The notes under the pieces were generated by a model. That model saw nothing but the letters and a program-made list of their open reading frames with translations, was not told the origin of the DNA and did no database searches. Shown here piece after piece: positions 49,230-62,980 of a stretch of 64,000 nucleotides of DNA (the stretch's first letter is position 1; the number at the start of each line of letters is the position of its first letter). This stretch comes from Lama guanicoe (lineage: Eukaryota). The DNA is taken from positions 1,054,001 through 1,118,000 of the forward strand of contig MU055549.1 of the NCBI GenBank assembly GCA_013239625.1. The letters are read 5' to 3'. Position numbers and translations under genes: made by a program.

Positions 49230-49530
49230 ATCTTTTTTTTTTAACTTTTAATTTTGATCAGACATACACACAGATGGAAGGAGAATACTGACCCACACTC
49301 CATCTCCCAGAGTCACCTGTCCTGGGTCGGAGCTGCTCTGGTCACCCTCCCGCCCACGTGCCGGGCGATTTTTCCCCCTAAATGTTTCAGTGCGCACTCC
49401 CGAGAGACAAGGGCTCTTTCCTCGCACATAACCACAGTACTTTTCACACCCAAATACTTAACAGTCCCCGATGTGACACCTCCCGATGGCCCCGTGGACG
49501 TTTTGTGATCATTTATCATTACTTGATTGA
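49230..49530 (-). mobile_element. L1MC4/L1ME-like 3' fragment
   Basis: cccctaaatgtttcagtgcgcactcccgagagacaagggctctttcctcgcacataaccacagtac. Confidence 0.6.
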
Positions 49531-50739
49531 ACGAACAGTGTTGGCCGGAGCCCCTCCTAGGCCCCCCTGCCTCTGATTCCTCATAGCTGCTTTGCTGAGG
49601 GTCCAGGTCCTCTGGGTCCTGAGCTCCGCCCCGTGGCTTTGACCCCCACCCGGGCTGCTGTGTGAGCTGGCCGTGATCTCGCCCGGCCGGCTCCCACCCC
49701 GTTGGGCTTGGCGGCAGGAGCTCCGTCCTGGGGGCTCCGTGTCTGGGTCACCCTCCCGAGGCTGGCGGCCACTGGTGACTGTCGCCGCCCTCACTTCCAC
49801 AGAGCTGGTGTGCCGGGGGGGGTCCTCACCCCGACACTCGTTCATCCCTGATCAGCTGAAATAATTAAAAAAAAAACCTTTCTCTGCCGATTACGACAGA
49901 ACCCATTTGGGGTGGAGCTCATCTAGACAGGAGGTGCCACTTCCCCTCTCCTGTCCAGTTTCCACAGGACAGGGTTGGCTCCAGGTCCTCTGAAGACTGC
50001 AGAGCGGTTTCGCTGTGACCCCTCCACTGGGGTCGGGTCCCCTGCAGTCACGGTGCTCTACTGGCACTCGACGGGCCCCACTGCTGGCTCCTGAGTCCCG
50101 CCCACGGGCCTGCGGTCCTGGACGGCATCCTCGCCTGCCGGGGCGACAGTGCTCTGTCCTCCAGGAAATGAAGCCTCAGTCTCTCCGTGGGACCCTGGTC
50201 CTTATGGTGACGGGGGGCCGACACAGAGCTAGCACAGCGGGGCTGCTCCTGGACTGGCCGCCCTGCGGGGCTCCGGTGGGCGGGGCTCCGAGATGCCCGT
50301 GGAACATCCTCTGAAGGTGTCTAAAGTCACTTAAAGTAGTTCCTCTGGGCGTAGCCTCCTGCGGTCCACTGCGGGTTTTACCTTGCTCCCAATTTTTAGA
50401 GACTGCCTTCTACTTTGAATGTAACGATCACGTCAGATCCTCGCGTGGTGCCGCACTAGGGTCGGTCAGATGAGGCACGTTCTGGAGTCCGCCCTCGACT
50501 GCTGCTCCTTCTGCCCCATCCCCGCCGCCCTCCTGAAAGCGTCCCTGTGACAGAGGTCGGTCTATGTGTCTGTCATCTTCTTTCCGACGTGTTCATGCGA
50601 CCTGCTGCTTGCGTGCGCGGTGGCCGGCCTGCCCCGCACGCTGCCTCGTGCTGTGCTATAGACTTGACGGGTTTCTGGGGAGCACGCTCTACCCGCAGAA
50701 GCCAGTCCCAGCCTCTGCCTGTGCAGCCGCGGGGCAGAC

Positions 50740-51150
50740 GTGCCTGAGCCCCGTGGCAGCGGCAGCAGGTGTGTCAGTCGTGGAGTCAGAGGTCCTAAGA
50801 TAGGTCAGCCCTGGGCCGGGGGTGCGGTGCGGCAGGGCGGGTCCTCCTGGAGCCTCGGGAGAACCCGCCTTTTCTGGCTTCCATGGACGCCATGTCCTGG
50901 CTTCTGGCCACACCTCCCTCCAACCTCTGCTCCTTTGTCCCCTCCTCCCTGACTCTGACCCTCCTGCCTCCTTCTGTTTCCTCCAAAGACCCTGCGACTT
51001 CCCCAGCCCAGCTGGGCCACCCAGAATAATCCCTGCGTCCCAGCGTCCTCCACGCAGCCCCGGCTGCAGGGCCCCTTTTGCCACATGAGGTGACACGTTC
51101 CAGGGGTTGGGACGTGGACACGTCAGGGGACCATGGTTCTGAGACCACTC
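50740..51150 (-). mobile_element. MLT1D-like MaLR LTR
   Basis: ggagtcagaggtcctaagat...tgactctgaccctcctgcctcc...ctgggccacccagaataatccc...ttttgccacatgaggtgacacgttccaggggttgggacgtggacacgtc. Confidence 0.75.
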
Positions 51151-51349
51151 GCGTCCCTGCTGAGCGTGAGGCCGCTTCCCAGCTCGGCCGTCGTGGGCCG
51201 ACCGCGGTTGTCCTGCCTCACGCAGGGGCCGGCGTATCCTTGGGTCGGCTCCTAGAACGGGCCGCGCGGTTGGAGGACAGACACGTGTGTGATGCCATCT
51301 GTGGGCTCGCGCGCCCCCGGGCGCCTGCCCGGACTGGGTGCCTGCCAGC

Positions 51350-52480
51350 CCCACAGGCGAGAAACGGCATCTCCGGTAGCCTTCCCTCGCATTCCCTTTA
51401 TGGTAAGCGAGGCTGAGCATGTTTTTTACATGTTAGAAGGCTGTTTGCACATCCTTTGCCCATTTTTCTGTTGGGCTGATGTCTTCTTAATTTTTAAAGC
51501 CTCATTATGTGCTAGTGATATTGACCTTTTATTTCTCAGTAAGTTGTAAATGTTTTTTGCTGTTTATTATTTGTGTTTTTGTTTCCCCCCGTAAAACATT
51601 TTTGCTTTTACACAGTCGTGTTTGTCAGTCTCTTTCCTTGTTGCTTTTAGATTTGGGGCCCCAGGAATGTCTCCCCGCCCCAGTGCGGAGGACCCCGTCC
51701 TGCTTGCTTCATCATGTTTGTGTTTCCGCGTCCGTGTGAACACGGCGATGCATTTGGAATCTATCCGGGCTTGTAGTGTCACGAATGAATCGTATGTTTT
51801 ATTTTTTATGTAGCTGTTCAGTCTTGCCAACACCGCTTATTAAATGAAACGTCTATTTTCCCCATAAATTTGAGGGGCCGCCTTTGTCATGTGCTAAGTC
51901 TCCTCACGCAGTCGGGTGTGTTTCTGGGTTTCGTCTTCGGGCCGTCGGCCCGGCGTCTGTCCTGCCCTAGGACCGCGCTCTGTCGGGGGCTTACGTCACA
52001 CGCCCGCGTGCCTGGTGGGGCTCGCGTCCTGCCTGCTCTCCTTTCAGATTTTTTCGTGGCTGTTTTTGCCTGATTGTCTTCTCCTGTGACTCGTACTGCT
52101 GACTTGTCAGCTCCAGGTCAAAGCAGAAGAGAACCCTGGTGGGGTTTTCGCTGGCGCCGTGTTGAGGTGGTGAGGCGACTTCGGAGGGTCCGCAGGTGAC
52201 AGAGCTGAGCCCCCGCCCGCCACGCCCGGCTGCCCCGGCTGCTCGCGTCGCTCCCGTCCTCCCGGAGGTTTCCCTGACGTGGCTTTTGCCGACATGTTTT
52301 ACCTGTTTTGCTTTTATGGAAGCGTTCTCTCCCATTAAACCTTCAGACTGGGTTTTGTTGGCGCGTCTGGAGGCCGTCGGCGTTTCTTGGCTGATCTCAC
52401 AGCCTGCCGTTCGACTGACTTTTCTCTGATTATAGCAGTTTCTCTGTTGCCTATTTTGATTCCGTCGAATCTGGAAACAG
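51350..52480 (-). mobile_element. L1ME-like ORF2 fragment
   Basis: gaggctgagcatgttttttacatgttag...tagctgttcagtcttgccaacaccgcttattaaatg...cattaaaccttcagactggg. Confidence 0.7.
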
Positions 52481-52574
52481 ACCCAACTCATCTGCAAGCA
52501 GAGCTGGTTTTACATCTTTCTTCCCAGTTTTGGCCACGAATCTGGGGTGGACGCTGCGGGGGGACCCACTGCAC

Positions 52575-52660
52575 TCTGGTTCTGCCCCTCATTTGCAAGG
52601 TGGGGGCAGTAGAAGGCCTGCCCCCAGGGGTGCTGTGGGGTTAGGTGAGGAAACACGTGT
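52575..52660 (+). mobile_element. MIR core relic
   Basis: ctcatttgcaaggtgggggcagtag...cagggtgctgtggggttaggtgag. Confidence 0.5.
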
Positions 52661-55600
52661 TGCCACCCAGGCCGGTGCCTGCACGCAGGGTTTCTGGCCC
52701 AGGGGCTGCCTGTGGGCAAGGGGTCCCGCGTGGCTCGCTGAGCGTCTGCCTAGGCCTCTGGAGGAAGGGGTCTGGCCAAACCATTTCCCCCGGCCTGGAG
52801 GGGAGGTTCCTCTGGATGGCACGAGGCCTTCTGCGTCCCGTATTTACTGAAATATGCGTTACCCTGTACCAGGCCTGCCCTGGGCGCTGGGGAGACATCT
52901 GGGAACAAGACAGACCCCCAGCTCTGGGGCTGATCCGTTGGAGACACGAGCAGGTCAACAAATGACTATGACACTCGAGGTGAAGACACTGGACTTAAAA
53001 CACAGCCGGTGAGGGAGGAGGCAGGCATGCGGGGGGCGGCCAGGACTGGGGGCTTGTCCTCCGCCAGGCGGGGAGCGGCCTCAGGCGAGCAGAGGTCGGC
53101 CGCCTCTGTCTTCCTGCGCCCGTCTGACCCTCGGGCTGCCCGCCCGTCCCGGGGAGACTGACCCCCGCGCTCCCTGCCCCACGGGGTCTAGACGTGGGTC
53201 CCGATGCCGGTGCGGCCAGACGCCCACAGGAAGGGTGTGCGGGCAGGGCTCCTTCTGCCCCCTCATGGCCTCAGAGGGGCTGCTGCACCCCTGCCGAGAC
53301 TGGTATGGCCTGGGGCTGCCCTTCCAGCTCCGGGCTGTCCAGGAACTGGGCTCTCCTGAGCACCTCCCTTCTGGGTGGCAAGTCCTGGGCTGAGACAGGT
53401 GTTCAGGGTCTTTCCATCCCCTGTCCACCTGCCCCCCACCCTTCCTGGCATTCTGGCTGCACGGCCAGGCCTCGGAGCTGGGGTCTGAAACCTGGAGCGG
53501 GGGACTCATCGTGGTCCCTTAGCGGCCAGGGTGATGCGGGCCAGGACCCTCCTCTCCGGCCGGGCAGAGGGGGTGAAGTCCCTGCCGGAGGTTTGCAGAC
53601 GGTGCCCTGGGGCCGCAGTCAGGACAGCCTGGAACGGCCTACGTCAGACCAGGGTTCCTATGCGGCTCATGTCTTCTCTGATTCATGGGAATGTTGTGTT
53701 CTGTGCTGTAAACGTCTTATGTTTTTATAATATTAAAATGACGCATCCCCACTGTGTCGCTAAATCTGAGCGCAACTGACAGCCCAGGAAGATGGTGGTG
53801 ATTAACACCCTCGAATGTCCTGGGGGCGCCATGTGCTCCCATGGTGTGTGCACCCCAGGCGAGGGCGCTGGGCTGTTGTGGGTGGAGGGCTGCGTGAGAA
53901 CCCCCAGGGGGGCTAAACGCAGCCTGTAGCCAACGCCGTGCCTCTCGGGTGTGTGGGCTTCCTTGTGCTGGGCCTGCGGGGTCACCGCGTGGCTGCTCCC
54001 CTGGCGTCCGCTGTGCCCTGGGGGGGGGTGTCTGCAGTGCCCAGGGGTGTCCTTTGTGTAGAAGGGAGGGGCGTCCGCTGTGCTGGGGGATCAGCCGTGC
54101 CTGGAGGGCCCAGGGGCAGCCCAGGCAGGACCAAGAGGTGGTTCCACTGTGATGTCAGAGGCTTTCGGGCCTGCAGGCTGGCATTTGCTATCTGGGAAAC
54201 AAAGATTACTTGGAAAGAACAGGAGCTTGGGGTGAATCACTAAATCTGCAGAACATGTGAACAACATTCAACTGAAATGGCCCTCGCCCCCATCAGTCCC
54301 CCTGCGGCCTGGGGTGTGTCACACGGAGGCCCCGGGGCTGCAGGGGTTGTTCCTGAGATCTAGTTCCATTTCCTCTTCGTTTATCTTAAGATTGTGGGAG
54401 GAAGCGGCTCAGAAGCCGAGCCGGATTCCAACGGAGGAAATGGTTTGATGGTTTCACGGGGCCCTGCGTCAGCCCGCGGCTGCCTCGTGGAGGCCGGGGG
54501 CTTCCGCTTCCCGGTCCCTGCTGCCCCGTGGGAGCTGCAGCGCGAGGTCCGTCTGCACAGGGAGGCCCCAAGCCCCAGCGCTTTACACCCCTGCTAATGG
54601 GAGCATCTCCAGCTGGGCCGCTGGGGGGCAAGCCCTTGTCAGCTGCCCCCACCAGAGAGCACCCGCTGCGTTGTCTCTGAGGGGAGCTCCGCACCATCTC
54701 CACTCCTCACTGAGTGTGCCCGCCGGCCGCGCCTCCAAGGGCTGCTCTCAGGCCGGCCTGCGGCCGTGCGGCCCGCCCCCTGGCCTGGGGCTGTCGTTGC
54801 TGAAGGAGCTTTCGGAGGGCACGGGCCTGGCGGGGACACTAGGGAAGGGAGGAGGGGCGGGTGCCAGCGGGTGCCAGCAGACTTGTCACGGGCCCTGGGG
54901 GTCACAGGGTGTCTCGAGGCCGGGCCAGCGCAAAGGCCTGGGGAGGGTGTCCGTGTCCTGGGGCGGCCGGGACACCCCAGCACTGCGCCCGGGGGACACA
55001 GAACAGCAGAAGCGTGTCCACCCCCGTCCAGAGGCTGCGGCCCGACCTGGAAGGCCCCCAGGGCTGGTCCTCCTGGAGGCTGGGGTGAGGCGGGACTTCA
55101 TCTCTCCTCTCCCAGGCTCCCAGGGTCTCCAGACAGTTAAAGCGACGAGAGACAGGTGAGCAGGAGAAAGGCCTGCACGTCTGTCTGACGTGTTTCCTGG
55201 GACACGGGAGCCCTGGTGGGAGACGAAGACCCGGGGGAGGGGCCAGACCCGACGACGCGGCAGCGCGGCGGGCAGGGCTGTGCGAGGCCGAGGGCGACAG
55301 TTCCTTTAACGAGGTGGCCGTGCGCAGGTCTCTCGGCCTCGGCGTCCCGTCCATGAGGATGAGAATGCTGTTTCCTCCTGGTGGCGGGGAGACATTTCCC
55401 CTACGGGGCGACTCCTTGCTTCTGGGAAAAAACGGAGGTCAGGGTGCCTTGTGGCCCTGCTGTTGCGTGAGAGTCTTTAGCTGCAAGCAGTCATGGGCCC
55501 GAGGGCAGGCTTCGGGGTGGAGCCGTCTTCTCCCCACCCTCCCACGCACCTTCGCAGCGGCCTCACTGTCCAGAGCAGAGCTGTGAACTGCTCCACGTCA

Positions 55601-55899
55601 CTGCCAGCCAAGTTCTTAGTCCTCAGAATAGGTCAGTTTAGTTCAGCAGCCGAGTCTCGTTTGGGGGGGGTCTCCCCGCCATAGTGAGGGAGTCCTCTGT
55701 GTGGCCGAGCGATCAGTGATTAATGAGGGGTCTCTCCCTGCAGGGCCTGCGCCCTGAGAGTGGGCAGCTGGGGACACTTCCAGGCGGGGGGGCCCGTGTG
55801 CCCTGCGATGCTGGAAGAGGGCCCTGGCCGTTCTGACCGGCCCCTGGCCCGCGGCTGGAATGTCCGCGGCGCCCGCCAGCCCCGCAGCAGAGGCGGCCA

Positions 55900-58800
55900 C
55901 TCCTGATGTGCTGTGGTTTCTCTGAGGTTTATGCTGAGAAGTCCAGCCTCGGCTTGTAGAGCAGTTTTCATTTTCGGGGATGCCAGGTCCGAAGGGTGGG
56001 GGAGACCCTGGGAGACCGTGGCAGCTCAAGCCCCCACAGGTGTGCTGTGCTTTTATTGAAAGGGAAGTCTCTGTCCGCAGTCACCCCCGTTCCTACTGAA
56101 GGTAACTGAAGGCTGAGTTGTTTGCAGAGTAAGTCTCGTCTTGTTAGACTTGCCCTGATCACGGACGTAAGTGCAGCGGCAGCAGGTTGGCCGCGAAGGC
56201 TCTTCTAAGTCTGCTTTGCTGGAACTCTTACCAGGAATTCCATGTTCGACTTTTAAAAGCCTCAAAGCTCAGAAGCCAAGCCAGCAGCTTGTCACCAGAC
56301 TGTGCCTCCAGTACCCATGAATCTGGGTGAATTCCTCCCCTCTCGAGGTCCCTAAGATAATCCTGAGCCCCTGGGCCTGCCGACAAGTGCCCGTTACTCA
56401 CCTTTAAGGTCCCTAACCCTGTAAGCCAGGCACCAGGCTGAGCTTCACAGGGCCTTGCAAGCACTGCTCCCTAAAGTCCGCCTTAGTTTCTGCTCAAATC
56501 CGATTTGAGCATCTGGTATTTTCACCTGTGAACATCTTTGTCCCGAACAGTTTCCCTGCACATCTAATTGGCCATAAAAGATAAACTGACTGCTTGGCAG
56601 TTCGGTTTGACAGTTGAGTTTCCAAGCCACAGAAGCCAGACTGCAAACTACACTAGACAGTGATGTCGGTGGGCGGGTCCTTTCTGAGCACAGACGCCCC
56701 TCCCACCCAACAAAACCAGAAGTTTCCCAACCTACCGCAAATGGAAAAGGGGCAGCAACGAACCCACAGCCATCTTGGCACTAATTATCGATTCTTCAGC
56801 TAAGTCAGATACAGTGTCTCACACCGTCTTTCCCAAATGTTTGGCGCAGTTTTAGAGGCTGGGGGCAACGGAAGGCTCGGCTCCTCCGGCTCCCCTGAAG
56901 GAAGTGGTTCCGTGACTCCTGATGAGTGTAACTTTCTTGGAAGCGGTGAGACCTTTTTGATGTTTGTTGGTGGAGAATGTGATGCAGACAGGATTCTGGT
57001 GCTTGGTCCGGGACCCCGCTTAGACGGTTTGCAGCAGGACAGGGACTGGCCACAGGACGGAGCGTTTCGGGGACGCCCGGGCACCTACTACCAGGCACGT
57101 ACGTCCCGTACAGCGACAGGAAGCAGCAGCGTCCAGCATGTGTTTCACTTCCAGGAAAATCCAGAGAGACTCAGAGCAGATTTTTTTATATAGTAAGAAT
57201 TTATGTCGACGTTAAGTCCTTGATGGCTGACTCTGAGGGAGGAAGCAGCAGTGTTCTCTCTAAGATGTGCCCCAGCACAGCTGTAATCATGAGTCTGCAC
57301 ACGTTTTAAACACATTTGGGTGTTTTTTTATTTTTATTTTTTACAATGAAGTGCTTAAAAATGTTTGTTACTGATCTTCATGTTTCAGTAAGTCCTTTTG
57401 CATGCCTCTCTTCTACTGCATTTTCACTAGTTTATCTTGTACGGCAGAATTGTCTTATGGCTGATTAGTTGTGCGACGAAGCCAGCTGAAGCGAAGATTC
57501 TCACGGTGAAAATGCCTAGAGCCACCTGATCGCGTTATTTTAAAGTGTGACCTTCCCGTCGGAGTCTTGGTAACATGACCCCTGTTATAAATCATGCCCC
57601 GTTACCAGGAGAACGTATTCTTCCTGGCCTTGTGTAAAAACTGTACCTGTGAAAATAGAGTCTTTAACAAAGGCTTCTAAGTTTTGGAGGGATCAGGTTG
57701 GGAGGAAAGATAAATGTGTTGATTCTGTTTACGAAGGTGTGATTTGCCAGGTTGCTGTAAGCCATCAACAGCCTGAGAAAGAGACAAAAAGAAATTCTTA
57801 AGCCTGAAAAACAAAACATTAAGGAAGCAGCAGTGCTCCAAACAGAAGTCGTGAAAATGGTGACCACCTTCCTGAGCTTATTTAGGCCTTCTTTTGCTCG
57901 ATCTTGGGTTAGTAGTTTGATGAACCCACCCTTGGTCCCGTCAGGGTTGTAGGAGGTCTCATCGAGGCCAGTGGTCTGATTATAAAGCGTCCAGACGCCT
58001 GTGCTCTAGGGTCGTCGTCAGAGTCCTTTCCGTGAGCTTTTTGAAGGGGAGGCCCTGTTGTCTATGGTGGATTGTAAAAGTGTCCGGGAAGGTGTCAGCG
58101 CAGAACAGTAAGTGTCTGTAAATGACCGAAGGCTGAAAATAGCCACGGTCAGAGATCTGACGAGTTCATTGCAGAAGTGACGCAACTGACACCGAAGGTG
58201 CTGGGTTCTGTGCCGCGTGATGTTTACAGTAATCATTGGAATTGTGACATTGCACGAACAGTGAGGACATTGAAGAATCTCTGGACATCCTATCTAATTC
58301 TGGAAACGCTGGCCTGTAAGTAGCCTGTGTCCACACCAGTATAAGCTAGAGCAGGCTTATCACCAGCTTTTATTTGGCAATGCTTTCTGTGTAACTTAGG
58401 ATGTTAGATAAGCCTCACTGGTTTAATCTCTCTATTTTTATATAAAGGCACAATTGCAAATCTTTTGAGATTCTCCAGGGGCCCTCCTGAAAATCCCAAA
58501 GTTAGTTCGGGGTCAAAAAATACTTTATTTCAAATTTGATTTTCGGACATTTGTAAAAATGTCGAAAGGTTGAAACACAGTTAAGGAAGATTGCAGGTCA
58601 TCGTGAAACAGTATTTAGCCATTGAACCAAAGTGACAAAGACTTTAAAGGCAAATACAGGAAATCACATATTTTAGGGGAAAAAGCTTAGTTCTTTTAAT
58701 ATTGAGAAGGCACAGCTCTTCTAAGTAATCAAAGACCTGATAAGACAACATGGAGCACAGGAAGTTACTTGGAGAAAACGCAGAATCTTTGTTTTCTAGG
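55900..58800 (-). mobile_element. Class I ERV internal relic, MER4-group-like (non-coding)
   Basis: Lower-GC block with MER4-group-like segments: ctgggtgaattcctccctctcgaggtccctaagataa, ttttggagggatcaggttgggagg, ccaaagttagttcggggtcaaaaaa...aatttgattttcgg. No intact gag/pol/env ORF. Confidence 0.7.
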
Positions 58801-58857
58801 CCATCCGCCCCAAGGGCAGTGTCTACTCGAGTGGGTGGCATTGCTCTGGCCGGCGCT

Positions 58858-59000
58858 GGGTCCCTGTGATCCGGGGCTGGGTCCCTGTGATATGGGTCGG
58901 GTCCCTGTGATTCGGGGCCAGGTCCCTGTGATCAGGGGAGGGTCCCTGTGATCGGGGGAGGGTCCCTGTGGCCGGGGGCCGGGTCTTTGTGGCCTGGGGC
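58858..59000 (+). repeat. ~20-21-bp minisatellite (GGGTCCCTGTGATCnGGGG..), ~7 copies
   Basis: Repeated ggtccctgtga core. Confidence 0.92.
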
Positions 59001-61473
59001 TGGCCATCAGTCAGAACAGGCTCTGATATTCCTCTGGGACTTCAGGTTTCTGCATCAGGGCTCTCTGGCAGGGACTTGGGGACCTTCATCTCAACAGCGG
59101 CAGAATTTTGCTTGTGTTTCTGACTGATGTCTGTCTGATAGGCCATTTGCACGCCCAGGCTGGCAGCCTGCGAAGGCAGCACCTGTCAGCCAGGCCTTCC
59201 AGCTCCCGGCCAAGGGTGGGAGGGGAGGCTGGAGTCTTGCTCTTAAAAGGGCTCCGGGGCCTTTCCCTACAGCTGGGGTTGGGGTAGCTCTCGCCTGCCG
59301 CGTGACGGAATGACCAGGGAGCTTGGGTGGCCAGCTCCGGGGCAGGCCCTGGCCTTCAGAGCTCCCAGGGGACTGAGTGTGTACCTCTGTGGGCAGAAAT
59401 GGGTTCTTCTCCCGTGACCTTGTCCAGGAGCCCCGGTGGGTGGCCCCCTGTCCCTCTGGGGCCCTGCCAGCAGCTTCCTGGCCTTTTGGTGCTCTGGCTG
59501 GCAGGAAGGGGAACTCCGGTGCCCCCACCCAACCCTGACACCGGCTCTGAGACCCGAGAAGGTGTGTGGAGAGCTGCGTGGCAAGCAGGTGACTTGGCTT
59601 TGGCTGGTGTAACTGCGTCATCAGACACGGTTACTGACCGCCAGCACTGAGCCTCTGTCTTCTCCGCGTTGGTCTGCTCTTCTGGGCGATGTGCTCAGGC
59701 CGGGCTGGGCGACTGGAGACTCAGGAAGGCACAGCTGAGTGAAGCCCGTGCTGTCCCGAGGGCTCCCCTCTGCACGTGCGCTGCGGCCAGCTGGTGCTCG
59801 CAGAGAAGGAGGAGGGGCCGCGATTCGCCGCGTTGAGACTGGGAGGGTGTCGTTGGAGGCTTGAGCGATGCAGGTCTCAGCTCCCACCCCACCGTGTCCC
59901 TGGGAGGCTGGGGTCTTCCCGGACGGCAGCCCAGGCCGGGGCAGTTTTACACAGGGCCCCACGGGCATCTTGGTGGCCTGTGTGGCCCCAGGTGGCATTT
60001 GTTCCCCGGGTGGGTTCCAGGGGTGGGCCGGGTGGCTCGGAGGGGTGCAGCTCAGGTGTGGGAGATGCCCTCCCTGTGCCTAGGGGCGTCCCCTGCGAGC
60101 TTTTCCCCTTGGGGTCTGGATGCGGCCCATGGGCAGCACGGGGCTGAGCAGGAGTTACCTGGAAACCGCAGCTGTGCTGCGAAGATCACCGTCCTGGGGG
60201 ACGTGGGGTGTGCAGAAGTCCGCGGGTGGGCCTGGAGCTGGAGTGACCCTCCAGCCTCTGCCGCCAGATGCCCTCACGATGACGCTGCAGGAACAGGTGA
60301 GGGAGGGGGCTCGGTGTGCCACCCCCCCCACCCCGGCTTAGCTGCTCTGTTTGCCGGAGGCCGAGTCTGGCTTCTGCCCCTGTTGGTTTTCATCTCTACA
60401 CTGTTTGCGCTAAATAATGCAGGCTGGCCTTTCCACCTGGCGTTTCACAAATTGCCATACGCCACTACCAGCCTTCACAGACGTCGCTCCAGTGTCTGTG
60501 TGATGTTTTGTTGCACCTGCTTGCCCGTGTCTGTGAGAGTTGGGTGTCAAGGTTGCTGAAGGTTTGCTATAGTTTTTTCAACTTTGGAAAAGCCACCTTC
60601 GTCTTTAAGGTGCATCCCTGCACGACAGACCGGGTTTCACCAAAGGGTTGGCTCCAGCAGGTTTGGCCCAAGATTCTGGCGCCTGCTGAGATGTCTGGTC
60701 AGTTCCAGGCCACCTGCCTTTGGGTGAGGCCCTGGGACAGTCTTCTGCCCACCTCCAGTTCCAGAATCTTCCACTTCCTCTGGGCCCCCAGCTCCCACTC
60801 CTTGAAGATCAGGAGACTGAAGACGGTGGGGACTCAGAGCTCAGGGTTACCTATTCTGGAGGGGTCTCTCCACTGGGATGAAGGGCACGGCCCTGGCTCT
60901 GCAGCCCAGTATTTTGTGCATTAACCCGGTTCCCTTTGGAGACCTCTGTCCCGGTTTTGACAGCTGCTCCTTGGCCAGGAGGGACCCCAGCCTGAGCCTC
61001 AGCCTTGCTCTGTTCTTCTCGCTGCTCTCCTCGCCCTGATCCCTCTGTCAGGCAATTAGCACTGTGTTCACAGTGTCAGCATTGCTAATCGACGCCGCAG
61101 TTTGCTCTCGGAGGGCTGGGATATGAGCTGTGCAGAGAGGCTGTCACTGGGAGCGGCCCTGTTGCAGTGGGGGCGATGGCCCGTGCTGGGTGAGAATAGC
61201 TGCTCTCGTTCACGGGCTTGCAGGGGTCCTCTCGTTCCCTCCCCAGCGACCCTCCAAGCCAGCTGCCCGGAGCCCTGGGAAGGGGGCGTCCAGGTCTGGG
61301 CTGGGGAGGGGCGTGGGAACTCCCCCACCCCGGCTCTCGGGCTGGTCCCATCTCCTTTGGAAGGTGCCTGTGTGCAGGAGACTTGTCCTGCCCCAGATGT
61401 GAAACCGGCCGGTTGAGTGTTGCACCAGCCCCGTGCCATCCCATTGGCGGTGCTGACGCGCCGCGGCCCCTAG

Positions 61474-61665
<192 letters not shown>

Positions 61666-62884
61666 TAGGATAGGCCGGCCCCTCCTGCTGCAGGGCGCCC
61701 CCTGCTCCCTCCTCTCCTGCCCCTGGGCTGGTCCCCTGAGCTGGTCCTCTCGGCTCTCCAGCTGCTCACCATCCAGTGCCCTGGGGCGTGGCCTTGCCCA
61801 GGAGCCTGGGTGGAGGCAGAAGTCGCTGACCAAGGCCTCCAAGGCCCTGGGGCGTGGTGGAGCCTGGGGCTGCCCAGGCCGGGAGGAAGGGGAATGGGGA
61901 AAGGGCACTCATCCCGGGGCTCCTCGCTGCCTGCCCTCTGCACACGGGGTGCACCTTGCATCCTGGGGTGTCCCTGCTGCCCTAATGGCTGTCAGGTCTC
62001 AGGCAGTTAGAGGGGCTGGGGGCAGGGCTGGACCCCGTGGTTGCACCCAGTGGCCTGGGACAGTGGCTCTAAAGATAGGGGTGTCCACACACCAAGCACC
62101 CTTTAAACGTGGCCCTGCACCCAGCGGCCAGGGTGGGGCAGGCTCTTGATCCCGGAAGGCAGTGACTGCCCCTAGGTGGGTCAGTGGGATGGAGTGACCT
62201 CACTGCGGCAGGGCTGGCTTGCGGCCTCGGGGGAGCAGGCTGCCATCTGTGGTCGACACTCGGCCGCAGTGCTGGTGCTGGGGCATCTCATGAAGGAGGA
62301 GGACCCAGGGTTCCCCTCCGTGGGGGCCTCGGCCCTCCCGGCCTCTCCCTGGGCCGCCGTGTGGCCGAGTCATCAGGAGCACAGGCTCCTGACCAGATCT
62401 CCCTGCCCTGCTGCAGGCGGTGCCCCAGCCTCCCTCCCTCAGTCCCCTCCTCTGAAGTCGGGGGATGGGCTCCGCAGAGGCCCCTGCAGGGCTGACTCAG
62501 GGCTGCCGGCTGCAGTCATAGTTAGTTCTCCTCCCCTCCCCCTCCCGCAGTGGCCAGCATCCCCACCCCCAGAGGCCAGCCCACCAGGGGGCGTCTCCCG
62601 CCGTCCCAGGGCCAGGCAGTGGGGCCGCTGCCGTCTTGCTTCCAGGGGTGGGAGGACACCTGCTCTTGCCCACTTCTCTCGAGGACCCTGGCCTGTCCTG
62701 GAGCCTGGCATCCAAGTTTCTCTGCTCTGTGGTCCTATCTGCATGCCCCACGGCAGGCCCCAGCTTGACCGCCCTCCCCAGGCCACTGGCCCCTGAGAAT
62801 GACGACAGGGTGGCTTCTGGTGGTCAGGGAGAGGAACAGCACATGAAAAATGAGTTATTTGTAGCTTTATTCTCAGAAGAGCCT

Positions 62885-62970
62885 GCTGATTAACAGTAAG
62901 AGCTACCTCTGAGAGCTCACAGAATAAATGACAAAGTGGAAGGGGACCCTTAAAGCATTGCTTTGTTACT
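62885..62970 (+). mobile_element. MIR 3' end relic
   Basis: aacagtaagagctacctctgagagctcacagaataaatgacaaag...taaagcattg. Confidence 0.4.
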
Positions 62971-62980
62971 GCCACTATGT

